Assembly (NCBI GenBank): GCA_964016885.1
Contig: OZ024742.1
Coordinates: 155,806,001-155,870,000, forward strand
From: Eledone cirrhosa
Taxonomy: Eukaryota
Length of the DNA: 64,000 nt
Direction: 5' to 3'
The notes beneath the pieces were generated by a model. The model saw nothing but the letters and a program-made list of their open reading frames with translations, ran no database searches and was not told the DNA's origin. Position 1 is the stretch's first letter. Each line of letters begins with the position of its first letter. Both the position numbers and the translations under genes were made by a program. Shown here in pieces: positions 1 through 10,406 of this stretch.

Positions 1-51
1 ATTTTGAAATAATTAGAATATACACAAATATGAAATTAAATTGGAAGGAAA

Positions 52-85
<34 letters not shown>

Positions 86-2181
86 ATGTATATATAAATA
101 TTCCAATATACGTTAATAACATTACTAACAAAATTCCTAATAATCAGACTAAAACACCTAAATCAGTTAATCTAACTAAACCTATATATAATAAATTCAC
201 TAATACTAACTCTCTTAGTAAACATCCCGATACATCGTATAAATATAAAAAAGCATCATCGAAACTGTAATAGACGATTTACTTGGTATAATGTTCCATT
301 TAATCTACAACTTAAAGATAATATCCCAAAACATTGTTTTACTATCCTAGAGAAAAACTTCCCGCCAAACCATGAATACCATCAAATTTTAAATAGATCA
401 ACTGTCACATTTTCCTACTCCACTACCAAAAATATACAAGAAAAAAATAAGTGCGTACAATGCATATAAATGTAAAAAACCCACGAATATACCACCAACA
501 CATCAACCCAACCATAATACTAAAATAAACCGCAACAAAACACCATCACCTTCACATATAACAACTCAAGTAAATTCCACACCAAATTTGACTAACTCCC
601 CTGATATAATATTCACGAATGGTTGTAACCGTAGAAACAAAAGAAATTGCCCATTAAAGGGAAATTATCTTATTAATAACATAGTATATACATGTAATAT
701 TAGCACTAAGGATTCAACTTATTAATATATAGGAGCTACTTCTAACCAATTTAGAGTAAGATTTAATACCCACAAACATAGTTTTTAAAATGAGGCATTA
801 GTTAATATAACATCCTTAGCTGAAACATTTAATAATTATAGAAAAAAGAATATCGATTACAACATGACCTGGGGTGTGCTCAAAAGGGCCACCTCTTATC
901 AAAATAACAGATATGAGTGTAGATTATGCTCCCAGGAACGTTTTGAAATAATGAAATCTAAGGATATCCTATTATATAGGGGACAAGAATTAATTATATC
1001 TTGCAATCATAGAAATAGAAGAACTTTCAAATATTATAAACCTAATTAATATATACCTGACACTTATATTTTACCTATTATTATTATTAGTTTTTTTTTA
1101 ATTTAGTTAACCTATAATTAGTATTTTACTACAAAGAACTTCATAATTTTATTTTCCTTTTACAGCTCTATTTTCCTAAAATTAATACCTATAAGTAAAC
1201 ATATAATCTATTTTAATTTCCTATGTTGAATCTAGATTCATTGTAGTCTATATAAGTTTGGTATTTCTCACTAATACATTTATCCCAAAATTTTATTTTC
1301 CTTCGTTTTTAACACAACATTCTTTAATAACATCTAACCCTTATTTATCACATCCATATGAATTAATATAAATTTATCCGTATAGGTATACCTATCAATC
1401 AATTTAATGACTTGTTATATGTCTAAATTCCTTGTGTTTTAAATAAGATTGGTATTTCTCACTAACACATTTACTCTAAAATGTTATTCTCCTTCGTTTA
1501 ACATTAGCATTATTCTTTAATAACATCAAATGTTCGTGTACCTTTCACCAGCTTGACCTCTTTTCACCGCGAAAGTATTCTTTTCATTCAAAGTATTCTT
1601 TCCATTCAAAACTTAAGTCTGCATTCCTCTACCCCTAAATTAAATTTCTACTACTACTATTCTATCAACTTGACCACTTACTACTTTTCTATTGGTCAAT
1701 TCAAAACCTGTTCCCAAACAGACCTATTATATTAAATCTTTGTTTTTCTTTTTCAATAAACAAATATCATTATTTGTGAAGGTATGTATATTTCCTCTGA
1801 TAGTTTGTAATATTTTTACATAGATCTATATGATATACATACCAAAATACATATATATCCTAGAAACGATCGTAAAATGATGAATGTTTTAATATAGGGA
1901 ACTTCTTCTTTGTTTTTATTCATTGTTTTTATTAATTTAACTTGACTCTGTTTTCCTGTGATTTTCATCGAAACATTTTTGGATACATCTTCTCTTTTCA
2001 TGATATGTGGATTACATTGAGTTCTTCATACGGATTGGACATTACCGTATATTTTGGTAGATTTATCTATATACTTTGCTCCTAATTGTATACAGGTATT
2101 CTTTTCATAAATATATATATAATTTTATAACTCCCTATATATATAGTTGAGCTCTCTTTCTTGTCCATTATCCATATTACA

Positions 2182-4712
2182 ATGGAAAACAATATTTGGG
2201 AACTTCTTTAAATAATATACCGATACCTTCTAAGGATGAATTCTTACTTCTTATGATACCCAAAAAAAACAACCAATTCATTAAAAGGGTCATATGGAGG
2301 GCTTACCACTTTGATAAAAAAACAAAAGGTACGGATAAGAAATATTTATATGATTTCAGCACACAACTCCTTGCTTGAAAATTTCGAGAAATAACTTTTT
2401 CACTAAATCAAACACCTCAAATTTAAGAAATATAAATCTAATTTTCAAATGGATCTTGACTCTATCCTATTGGATCTAAAAAAATCTTACAAAGTCCACG
2501 TCCACTCAGACAAAACTGGAAATCTATACCACATGGATATTGATAATTACAATGAATTCATTTATAATGAACTCAGGAAAAATTATTTAAAAGAAACAAG
2601 TAATGCGGCACTTACTAATATCAACAACAAAACACACAACATAGTAAATAAACTCAATATTGAAGACAGAACTGAACTTTTGGCACTGCAAAAACCACAC
2701 TTTAACCTGAAAGATCACAACTCTAACTTTAACTCTAATCATTCTATAAGACTTATATGCCCTTCCAAATATGACATTGGCATCATTAGTAAAACAATTT
2801 TAGACAGAGTCATCCCCCAATTAAGGAAACACGTTAATTTACCACTCTGGGAAAACACATCCCAGGTAATAAACTGGTTTACTAATATTAGAAATAAATC
2901 ATCTGCTTCATTTCTACAATTTGATATCAATGCTTATTATCCCTCTATATCACCCACACTCCTGAACAAGCCTTGAGATTTGCCAAAAATAGATCAAACT
3001 TAACTATGGATGACATTAATATTATCACGCACGCTAGACAAACACTACTGGAATTTCAGAAGGAAGACTGGACCAGAAATACATGTAATAATCTATTCGA
3101 CATTACTATGGGCTCTAGTGATTCTGCCCAAATTACCGATCTTATGGGCCTCTTTATTCTATTTAACATAAATGCTTCTTTTCCCCACCAAAAAGGTGGT
3201 TTACATCGTGATGACTCTCTTCTTCTTTCCACCAACCTTAGCCTATCAGAAATTTAAAAAAATAAAAAACGTATTAGAACTTTCCTCAAAAGACTATTAT
3301 AGTCTCACTATTACGTTTGAAAACACCAGTAAAGTAGTTAATTTCCTAGATATAACTTTAGACATATCTACGGGTATCTACCAACCTTACCATAAACCTA
3401 ACCAAAACTTACATTACATACACTCACAATGCAATCACCCTAGATCTATCCTTAAAAAACCTAGCATATAATATGTCACTCAGTATTTCTAACCTTTCAT
3501 CTAACCAGGATGTATTCGATAAAAATGCGCCCTTTTAAAACGAAGCTTTAGCTAGAAGTGGCCACAAAATCAAATTAGTCTATATAGCTTGCACCAATAA
3601 TACTTCAAACAAACAACCCAAAATTACCATCAAACACCAAATGAAAAACACACACCTAAATGCCACTCTCACTACACCCCAAAATACCAAATTAAAACTT
3701 AATTTCTCTACCTCTCCTCACATAAAATATAATGACTTTCAAAAAACCATTCATCCTAATATTCCAATATACGTTACTAACATTACTAACAACATACATA
3801 ATAATCAGACTAAAACCACTAAATAAGTTAATCTAACTAAACCTATATATAATAAATTCCCTAATAATAACTCTCTTAGTAAACATCCTGATACATCGTA
3901 TAAATACAAAAAAAAAACACCGAAACCGTAATAGACCAATTACTTGGTATAATGCTCCATTTGATCTACAAATTAAAAAGATAATATCCCTAAAAATGTT
4001 TTTACTATCCTAGAGAACAACTTCCCGCCAAACCATAAATACCGTCAAACTTTAAATATATCAATTGTCAAATTTTCCTACTCCACTACTAAAAATATAC
4101 AACAAAATATAAGTGCGTACAATGCATATAAATGTAAAAAAACACACGAATATACCACCAACACATCAAACCAACCATAATACTAAAATAAACCGCAACA
4201 AACCACCATCTCCTTCACATATAACAAATCGAGTAAATTCCACACCAAATTGGACTAACGCCCCTGATATAATATTCACGAATGGTTGTAACTGTAGAAA
4301 CAAATGAAATTGCCCATTAAAGGGAAATTGTCTTATTAATAACATAGTATATAAATGTAAAATTAGCACTAAGGACTTAACGTATTCATATATAGGAGCT
4401 ACTTCTAACCAATTTAAAGTAAGTTTTAATACCCACAAACATAGTTTTAAAAATGCCGCATTAGCTAATACAACATCCTTAGCTGGAACAATTAGTAATT
4501 CTAGAAAAAAGAATATCGATTACAACCTGACCTGGAGTGTGTTCAAAAGGGCCAGCCTTAACAAAATAACAGATACGAGTGTAGATTATATTCCCAGGAA
4601 CTTTTTGAAATAATTAAATCTAAGGATATGCTATTAAATAAGTGACAAGAATTAATTATATAGTTGCAATCATAGAAATAGAAGAACTTTCAAATATTAT
4701 AAACCTAATTAA
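2182..4712 (+). pseudogene. Frameshifted PLE reverse transcriptase + GIY-YIG endonuclease ORF
   Basis: ATG at 2182. Track ORFs 2196, 2449, 2973 and 3172 carry consecutive RT motifs in shifting frames. Ends YYKPN-stop at 4712. Confidence 0.85.
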
Positions 4713-4976
4713 TATACACTTATATTTTACATATTATTATTTTTTTTTTAAATTTAGTTAACCTATAATTAGTATTTTACTACAGAGAACTTCATAATTT
4801 TAGTTCCCTTTTACAGCTTTCTTTTCGTCTCTTTTAATCCCCAAAGTATTATTTTCATTCAAAACATAAGACTTCACGCCTTACCCCTAAATTAAATTGC
4901 TACTGGTCAATTCAAAACCTGTTCCCCGACAGACCTTTCATATTAAATCTTTGTTGTTTTTTTCAATAAACACATC

Positions 4977-5112
4977 TCATGATTTCTGAAAACGGCATGT
5001 ATATGTGAAGGTATGTATATTTCCTCTGATAATTTGTAATATTTTTACATAGATCTATATGATATACATACCAGCACACATATACATCCCAGAAAAGATC
5101 GTAAAATGATGA
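4977..5112 (+). ncRNA. Degenerate type I hammerhead motif with ~99-nt stem II
   Basis: Stem I tcatgattt/aaatgatga, core CTGAAAA, long stem II (atgtatatgtg..ggtatgtatat / atatacatacc..cacatatacat), GAAA agatcg TA. The paralog at 1863 reads GAAA CGATCG TA but has lost the 5' core by deletion. Confidence 0.55.
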
Positions 5113-5308
5113 ATGTTTTAATATAAGGAAGTTGTTCTTTGTTTTTATTCATTGTTTTTATTCATTTATCTTGACTCTGTTTTCCTGTGATTTTCATCAA
5201 AACATTTTTGAATACATCTTCTCTTTTCATGATATTTGGATTACACTGAGTTCTTCATACGGATTGGACACTACCATATATTTTGGTAGATTTTTCTACA
5301 CACACACA

Positions 5309-5339
<31 letters not shown>

Positions 5340-5344
<5 letters not shown>

Positions 5345-5525
5345 TCTACGTTAGGCACAAGGCCAGCAAATACCAGTTCATTACTGGTACTTTATTTTAT
5401 CGACCCCGTAAGGATGAAAGGCAAAGTCAACCTCGGCGGGATTTGAACTCAGATGGTAAAGGGACGTAACTATGCTGGAAAGCATGGCGTCCGACCCTCT
5501 ACCGATACTGCCAATCCACCGCCTT
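5340..5525 (-). mobile_element. tRNA-derived SINE (family 1)
   Basis: Minus strand has A-box-like TGGCAGTATCGG, B-box GAGTTCAAATCC, central gcctttcatccttacggggtcgataaaataaagtaccag and tail gtagaaacaa. At least 8 copies in the window. Confidence 0.85.
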
Positions 5526-5639
5526 ACCATATATATATATTACTATATATATATATATATTAATATATATAAATGTATATATATATATATATGTTATATA
5601 TGTGTGTGTGTGTGTGTGGGGGGGGTGTATGTCATGTAT

Positions 5640-6045
5640 ACACACTGGTCATAGACCCACACATACACATATATATATACACACGCACACACACACATAT
5701 ATGTATATATATATATACAACAACACCAAGAGCTCCGTCTCTCTTACATTCCCCTTCTCTGTCTCATCGTCTCTCTCTTTCAATCTACCCTTTCACAACC
5801 ACTATCTCTTTCAAGCTCTCACTCTCCCTCCCCCTTTCTCTCTCTCTGTTTATGAAGGTATGCAGAAAATCCTATATCTCGGGAAACCGTGCTTCGATTT
5901 ATGCGAAACTTGTATAATTCCATTTTCGTTTTCCAGTTTCAGGGGCAACTTCCTTTCAAAGTATTTTCCCATTATGCGCCCTTTTGGCTGCATTGTATTA
6001 CAGACAATCACGCAAGAAACACAAACTTTTAGTAATATATAGATT
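5640..6045 (-). mobile_element. Non-autonomous Helitron-like repeat
   Basis: Homologous to 26725-27127. Minus strand begins A|TCTATATATTACTAAAAG, resembling a Helitron 5' TC end. Confidence 0.45.
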
Positions 6046-6551
6046 GATAGATAGTTCAACCCATGAACACACAGGAAACTTGAAATTAGATATCCCACCT
6101 TATGACAGCCACATAAAACCAATGGAGTAATCATTGAGAAAGCCTCTACGCGTTTAGTCGCTCTAATAGGTTTAGCATCTAGAACTTGTTCCAGACATAA
6201 TCATACACACACAAATGAGGTGTACACGCTCAGAAATTACTAAAAAAATATTAATAAATAAATAGCAGATTGGTTATGGTTGAAGAGATAGTAACCATGT
6301 GTCAAATTGATGAGAGCAAAATTATATATTAACATATAGGGAGAAAAGGGATCACATATATTAGTTAAGTCAACAGCTATACAGTTAATTTAATTAATCA
6401 TGGAAAGACTGTTTGGGGAAGATTAAAATAATTAAAATGAGGGCAAAGGTTGAACGTTTAGTAGAAACCCAAACACTTAGACATACTAATATTTGATCTG
6501 AAAGCGATCCTAGCGAATGGAAAGTGTGGGGAGGCATATAGGGGATTACAT

Positions 6552-6603
<52 letters not shown>

Positions 6604-6607
<4 letters not shown>

Positions 6608-6867
6608 CTTGATCACCTTGACTGGTCAGTCTGTCGGGCGCCAATAGGTGCCGCTGGTCACAGCACGTCGTGGTGTTTTAGCCATAAGATAACGCCAACC
6701 CACTGGCTGGGCGAGCAGGCTGATACTCATTTCTACAGCTGAGTAAACTGGAGCAACGTTAAATAAAGTGTCTTGCTCAAGGAAACAACACATCATCCGG
6801 TCCGAGGATTGAACTCACAACATTTCGATTGCATGCCCAATGCTCTAACCACTAAGCCATGCGCATT

Positions 6868-6870
<3 letters not shown>
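6604..6870 (-). mobile_element. tRNA-derived CORE-like SINE (family 2)
   Basis: Minus strand has TGGCTTAGTGG A-box, GAGTTCAATCC B-box, then tgtttccttgagcaagacactt CORE-like segment. Flanked by (TA)n. Confidence 0.8.
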
Positions 6871-6897
<27 letters not shown>

Positions 6898-6898
<1 letters not shown>

Positions 6899-7042
6899 CT
6901 TCAGTGACTGGGGATTCCCATCTTTGTTTCTGTGCCTCTCCTTTGTTCTGTCCTACGCCGTTTTGTTTCAGAAACAAAATGGCGTAGGACAGAACAAAGG
7001 AGAGGCACAGAAACTAAGAAAGGAATCCCCAGTCACTGAAGA
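6898..7042. repeat. Fold-back inverted repeat, ~72-bp arms, apex at 6970
   Basis: tcttcagtgactggg...ttttgtttc A gaaacaaaa...cccagtcactgaaga. Confidence 0.95.
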
Positions 7043-7075
7043 GGTCACAGAGTGTGTGACGAAAGAACTATGACT
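7031..7075 (+). ncRNA. Minimal type I hammerhead ribozyme
   Basis: agtca CTGAAGA g gtcaca gagtg tgtgac GAAA gaac TA tgact; stem I agtca/tgact is perfect. Confidence 0.75.
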
Positions 7076-7424
7076 ATATATAAACAACTATCTGGTTGTG
7101 GAACCAACCAACCAACCAGAAATGTATAAATTTATAAATTTATAAATATATAATAAATTGAAGTGAAAGCAACTGGTGCGTGTGTTTCTTAATGGCAACA
7201 TGACCCTCCCAAATTATAACAATATCGGTTTCAACACACGATTTCAGATAAATAATCTTGCTAAACAAATTCAGAAATGAAATATATATATATATATATA
7301 TATTAGGGTAAACATTGATGCAATTCAATTCAAGCACGTACTTTTTCCACATAGGAGTGACGGAGTAAATATCGAATAAGGAAAAGCGAAGTAGTTTCAG
7401 ATGTTCAAGTCCTTTAATAATAAT

Positions 7425-7498
7425 GCTGTGATATATATTTCAGTGACGACACTGGCCACACTGTTCTGTGTGCGAGTGTCGTGTCATCATCAGACAGC
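7425..7498 (-). ncRNA. Type I hammerhead ribozyme (left arm of fold-back)
   Basis: gctgt CTGATGA tgac acgacac..gtgtcgt cact GAAA tatata TC acagc. Confidence 0.8.
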
Positions 7499-7588
7499 TT
7501 GTTACATAATAAGGTTATGTTTCCGAGGCAATCCAAATTGGATCGACAATTTGGATTGCCTCGGAAACATAACCTTATTTTGTAACAA

Positions 7589-7662
7589 GCTGTCTGATGA
7601 TGACACGACACTCGCACACAGAACAGTGTGGCCAGTGTCGTCACTGAAATATATATCACATC
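7589..7662 (+). ncRNA. Type I hammerhead ribozyme (right arm of fold-back)
   Basis: Same motif as 7425-7498 with one stem I mismatch (acatc); predicted cut after 7657. Confidence 0.75.
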
Positions 7663-7709
7663 ATTATTATTAACGGACTTGAACATCTGAAACTACTTCG
7701 CTTTTCCTT

Positions 7710-7823
<114 letters not shown>

Positions 7824-7936
7824 TATACATATATATACATATATATATAGCGGCGATGAATTAGTTTAGCGAGGTTTTTTATATGAAATCGTGAATAAAA
7901 AATGGCGTAGACATACAACACAACAGGAAAAATATA

Positions 7937-7997
7937 ACACCACTGACGATGTTGCAGATGTGCAACGAAAGATTTATGTAAATTATGTAAACTATGT
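7937..7997 (+). ncRNA. Hammerhead-like motif, degenerate
   Basis: CTGACGA t gttgca gatg tgcaac GAAA; stem III disturbed by a ttatgtaaa duplication and stem I weak. Confidence 0.45.
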
Positions 7998-8356
7998 ATA
8001 TGTGTTTGTGTCTATATCGTATCTGTATTATTTTTGACCGTCGGTCAGTCAATGGCAACATTGAGGACCGAGTAAGCTAGTTCGCAGATATAAAAGATAG
8101 CGAGAAGCGAAAACCAACCAAACAGTGAGTGTGTTCTGTTATTAATTCTGGCAATATTACACAAATATGATCCTCCCCACGTATAACAATATATATATAT
8201 ATATATAAGAATTAAAATACTAGAGTGCTTTTTAATAAAATACACTCGTCTTATTATAGAAATGACAGTATAGGGTATAGCTCAATGTAACACAACAGAG
8301 CCGAAAAATTATAAAAATAGACAAAGAAGCCTTCAATACATCAAAAGTCTTTATTA

Positions 8357-8397
8357 GCCTACAATGTTTCGTCCCATTAATCAGGACTCATCAGGGC
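8357..8397 (-). ncRNA. Minimal type I hammerhead ribozyme
   Basis: gcc CTGATGA gtcc tgattaatg ggac GAAA c att g TA ggc. Confidence 0.85.
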
Positions 8398-8641
8398 AAG
8401 TAAACAGATAAGAAGCATTAACGGCCAGAAACTAGCCAAAACTCAGAAGAATAGGGAATACATATTCATGAAAGCTTATGAGAGATATGAAGGAAAAAGT
8501 ATGCAGTTACAAATATAGACTATAGGGCAATAAAGTGAGTAAAATGTCAAACCAACGTTGATATTACAGTATGAGACAAATACATTACATACAACATGAT
8601 AATACAATGTGGGAATTACAATATAATGGGTAATAAGAAGC

Positions 8642-8678
<37 letters not shown>

Positions 8679-9684
8679 ATATATATTCACACTTACACAA
8701 ACACATACTAACACTTAATAAGTATAAATATACTCTCTATAATATAAAAAAAACACCCTGACGGTGCGCATAAATTATACAAAAAATAATAAACTATACA
8801 AAAAAAATATATAAGTTAAACAAAAAATAATAGAATAATCTACTGACATCAAAACATATATACAAAACTTCATCATACATATCACTTAATGTCAACAAAT
8901 TGTACATAAAGTTTTTCGCAGGGTAAGCAAAAATATCATAAAGCTGAAGTATGTTGAAAAAATATAATATATATATAAATACATAGAGTAATGATAATAA
9001 ATATACTGAGGTATATGGAGTTTACATTCATAAAATATTACAAAATATTACAAAACAGTACCTTAAATATCTGACTTATATCAATACGTATAAAACAATT
9101 ACATACAAACAATATGATATATAAATGTTAATATTATAATAATAAATAATATAATAATATAAAAGTATATAAATGCAGACAGACAGAGCCAATGGAAAAT
9201 ATTTAAGAGATATTTACGCGATTGATATAATAATATAGGGAGGCATGTTATGATGCAAATCAAATTACAGGAAGACGAACAGCAAGTGATAGTAAAGAAA
9301 TAATGATGATGATGATGATGATAGGAGGACAAACAGCAGGTGGTAGTAAAAAAATAAATAAAACAAAATAAAATGAAATACAAAAACAAAAACAAAAAAC
9401 AAAAACAAGCAAGTTACGAAGGTTTAATGATTTAATATGTAAATATAGAAGATATTATTATTCTAAACTAAAGAATTGAATAGAAAACCTTATTAAATTA
9501 ATTAATATTTAAATTGCTTAGAAGATATTATTGGTCCCTTCGAATGGAATAAATTTTCAGTCATCAAAGTCATATAAATTTAGGGTATTTTAATATTATA
9601 GAGTATAGGGTATTTTTATATTATAGAGAGTATATTTATACTTATTAAGTGTTAGTATGTGTTTGTGTAAGTGTGAATATATAT

Positions 9685-9736
<52 letters not shown>

Positions 9737-9741
<5 letters not shown>

Positions 9742-9966
9742 AACCAGTAAGACCCCGACAGCTGAGCTCAAGCCGTTTCGACGGCTAATTCTGGACTAAA
9801 TTCTGGACGGCTAATTCTGGACTAGATTTAGTCCAGAATTAGCCGTCGAAACGGCTTGAGCTCAGCTGTCGGGGTCTTACTGGTTCCTATTACCTACTCT
9901 ACTACCTCAAGTATTGAGTACTTTGGTGCGTTATGGTCCACCTGGTTCCTTACCACATTTCCTTTG

Positions 9967-9968
<2 letters not shown>
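9737..9968. mobile_element. Fold-back fragment of the Naiad family C pLTR
   Basis: Arms 9737-9800 / 9827-9890; sequence matches 16531-16671, 18196-18262 and 39900-39962. Each arm holds only the 3' half of the hammerhead. Confidence 0.9.
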
Positions 9969-10017
<49 letters not shown>

Positions 10018-10278
10018 GCTTCTTATTACCCATTATATTGTATTCTATATGATATTGTAATTCCCACATTGTATTATCATGTTGTATGTAATGTATTTGT
10101 CTCATACTGTAATATCAACGTTGGTTTGACATTTTACTCACTTTATTGCCCTATAGTCTATATTTGTAACTGCATACCTTTTCCTTCATATCTCTCATAA
10201 GCTTTCATGAATATGTATTCCTTATTCTTCTGAGTTTTGGCTAGTTTCTGGCCGTTAATGCTTCTTATCTGTTTACTT

Positions 10279-10319
10279 GCCCTGATGAGTCCTGATTAAT
10301 GGGACGAAACATTGTAGGC
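10279..10319 (+). ncRNA. Minimal type I hammerhead ribozyme
   Basis: Identical inverted partner of 8357-8397; predicted GUA cut after 10316. Confidence 0.85.
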
Positions 10320-10361
10320 TAATAAAGACTTTTGATGTATTGAAGGCTTCTTTGTCTATTT

Positions 10362-10405
<44 letters not shown>

Positions 10406-10406
<1 letters not shown>

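Larger units (their letters stand above)
97..5297 (+). mobile_element. Penelope-like element (Naiad-type), partial-tandem structure: 3' partial copy (97-~2150) followed by a degenerate full ORF and 3' pLTR
   Basis: 97-1200 repeats at 3758-4820 and 1700-2075 repeats at ~4905-5297. ORF remnants: GTSLNNIPIPSK, SDKTGNLY, FDINAYYPSIS, MGSSDSA, LHRDD, NFLDITLD, CNCRNKxNCPL (CxCx5C linker), VY...YIG GIY-YIG. Both ends abut TA/CA microsatellite. Confidence 0.9.
8309..10368. mobile_element. PLE pLTR-like remnant arranged as a long inverted repeat (8309-8745 vs 9610-9695 plus 10013-10368)
   Basis: Near-identical inverted arms, each with a hammerhead. The right arm is interrupted by a second insertion in its internal TA tract. 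Confidence 0.85.

Noticed and set aside
6099-6239. 141-nt minus-strand exon-like segment (tttttag|...CATAAG|gtggga)
   Set aside because: The plausible frame contains two stops. A pseudo-exon or rescue by A-to-I editing cannot be supported from sequence alone.
7401-7686. Twin 90-aa ORFs on opposite strands
   Set aside because: A consequence of the palindrome; no coding signature.
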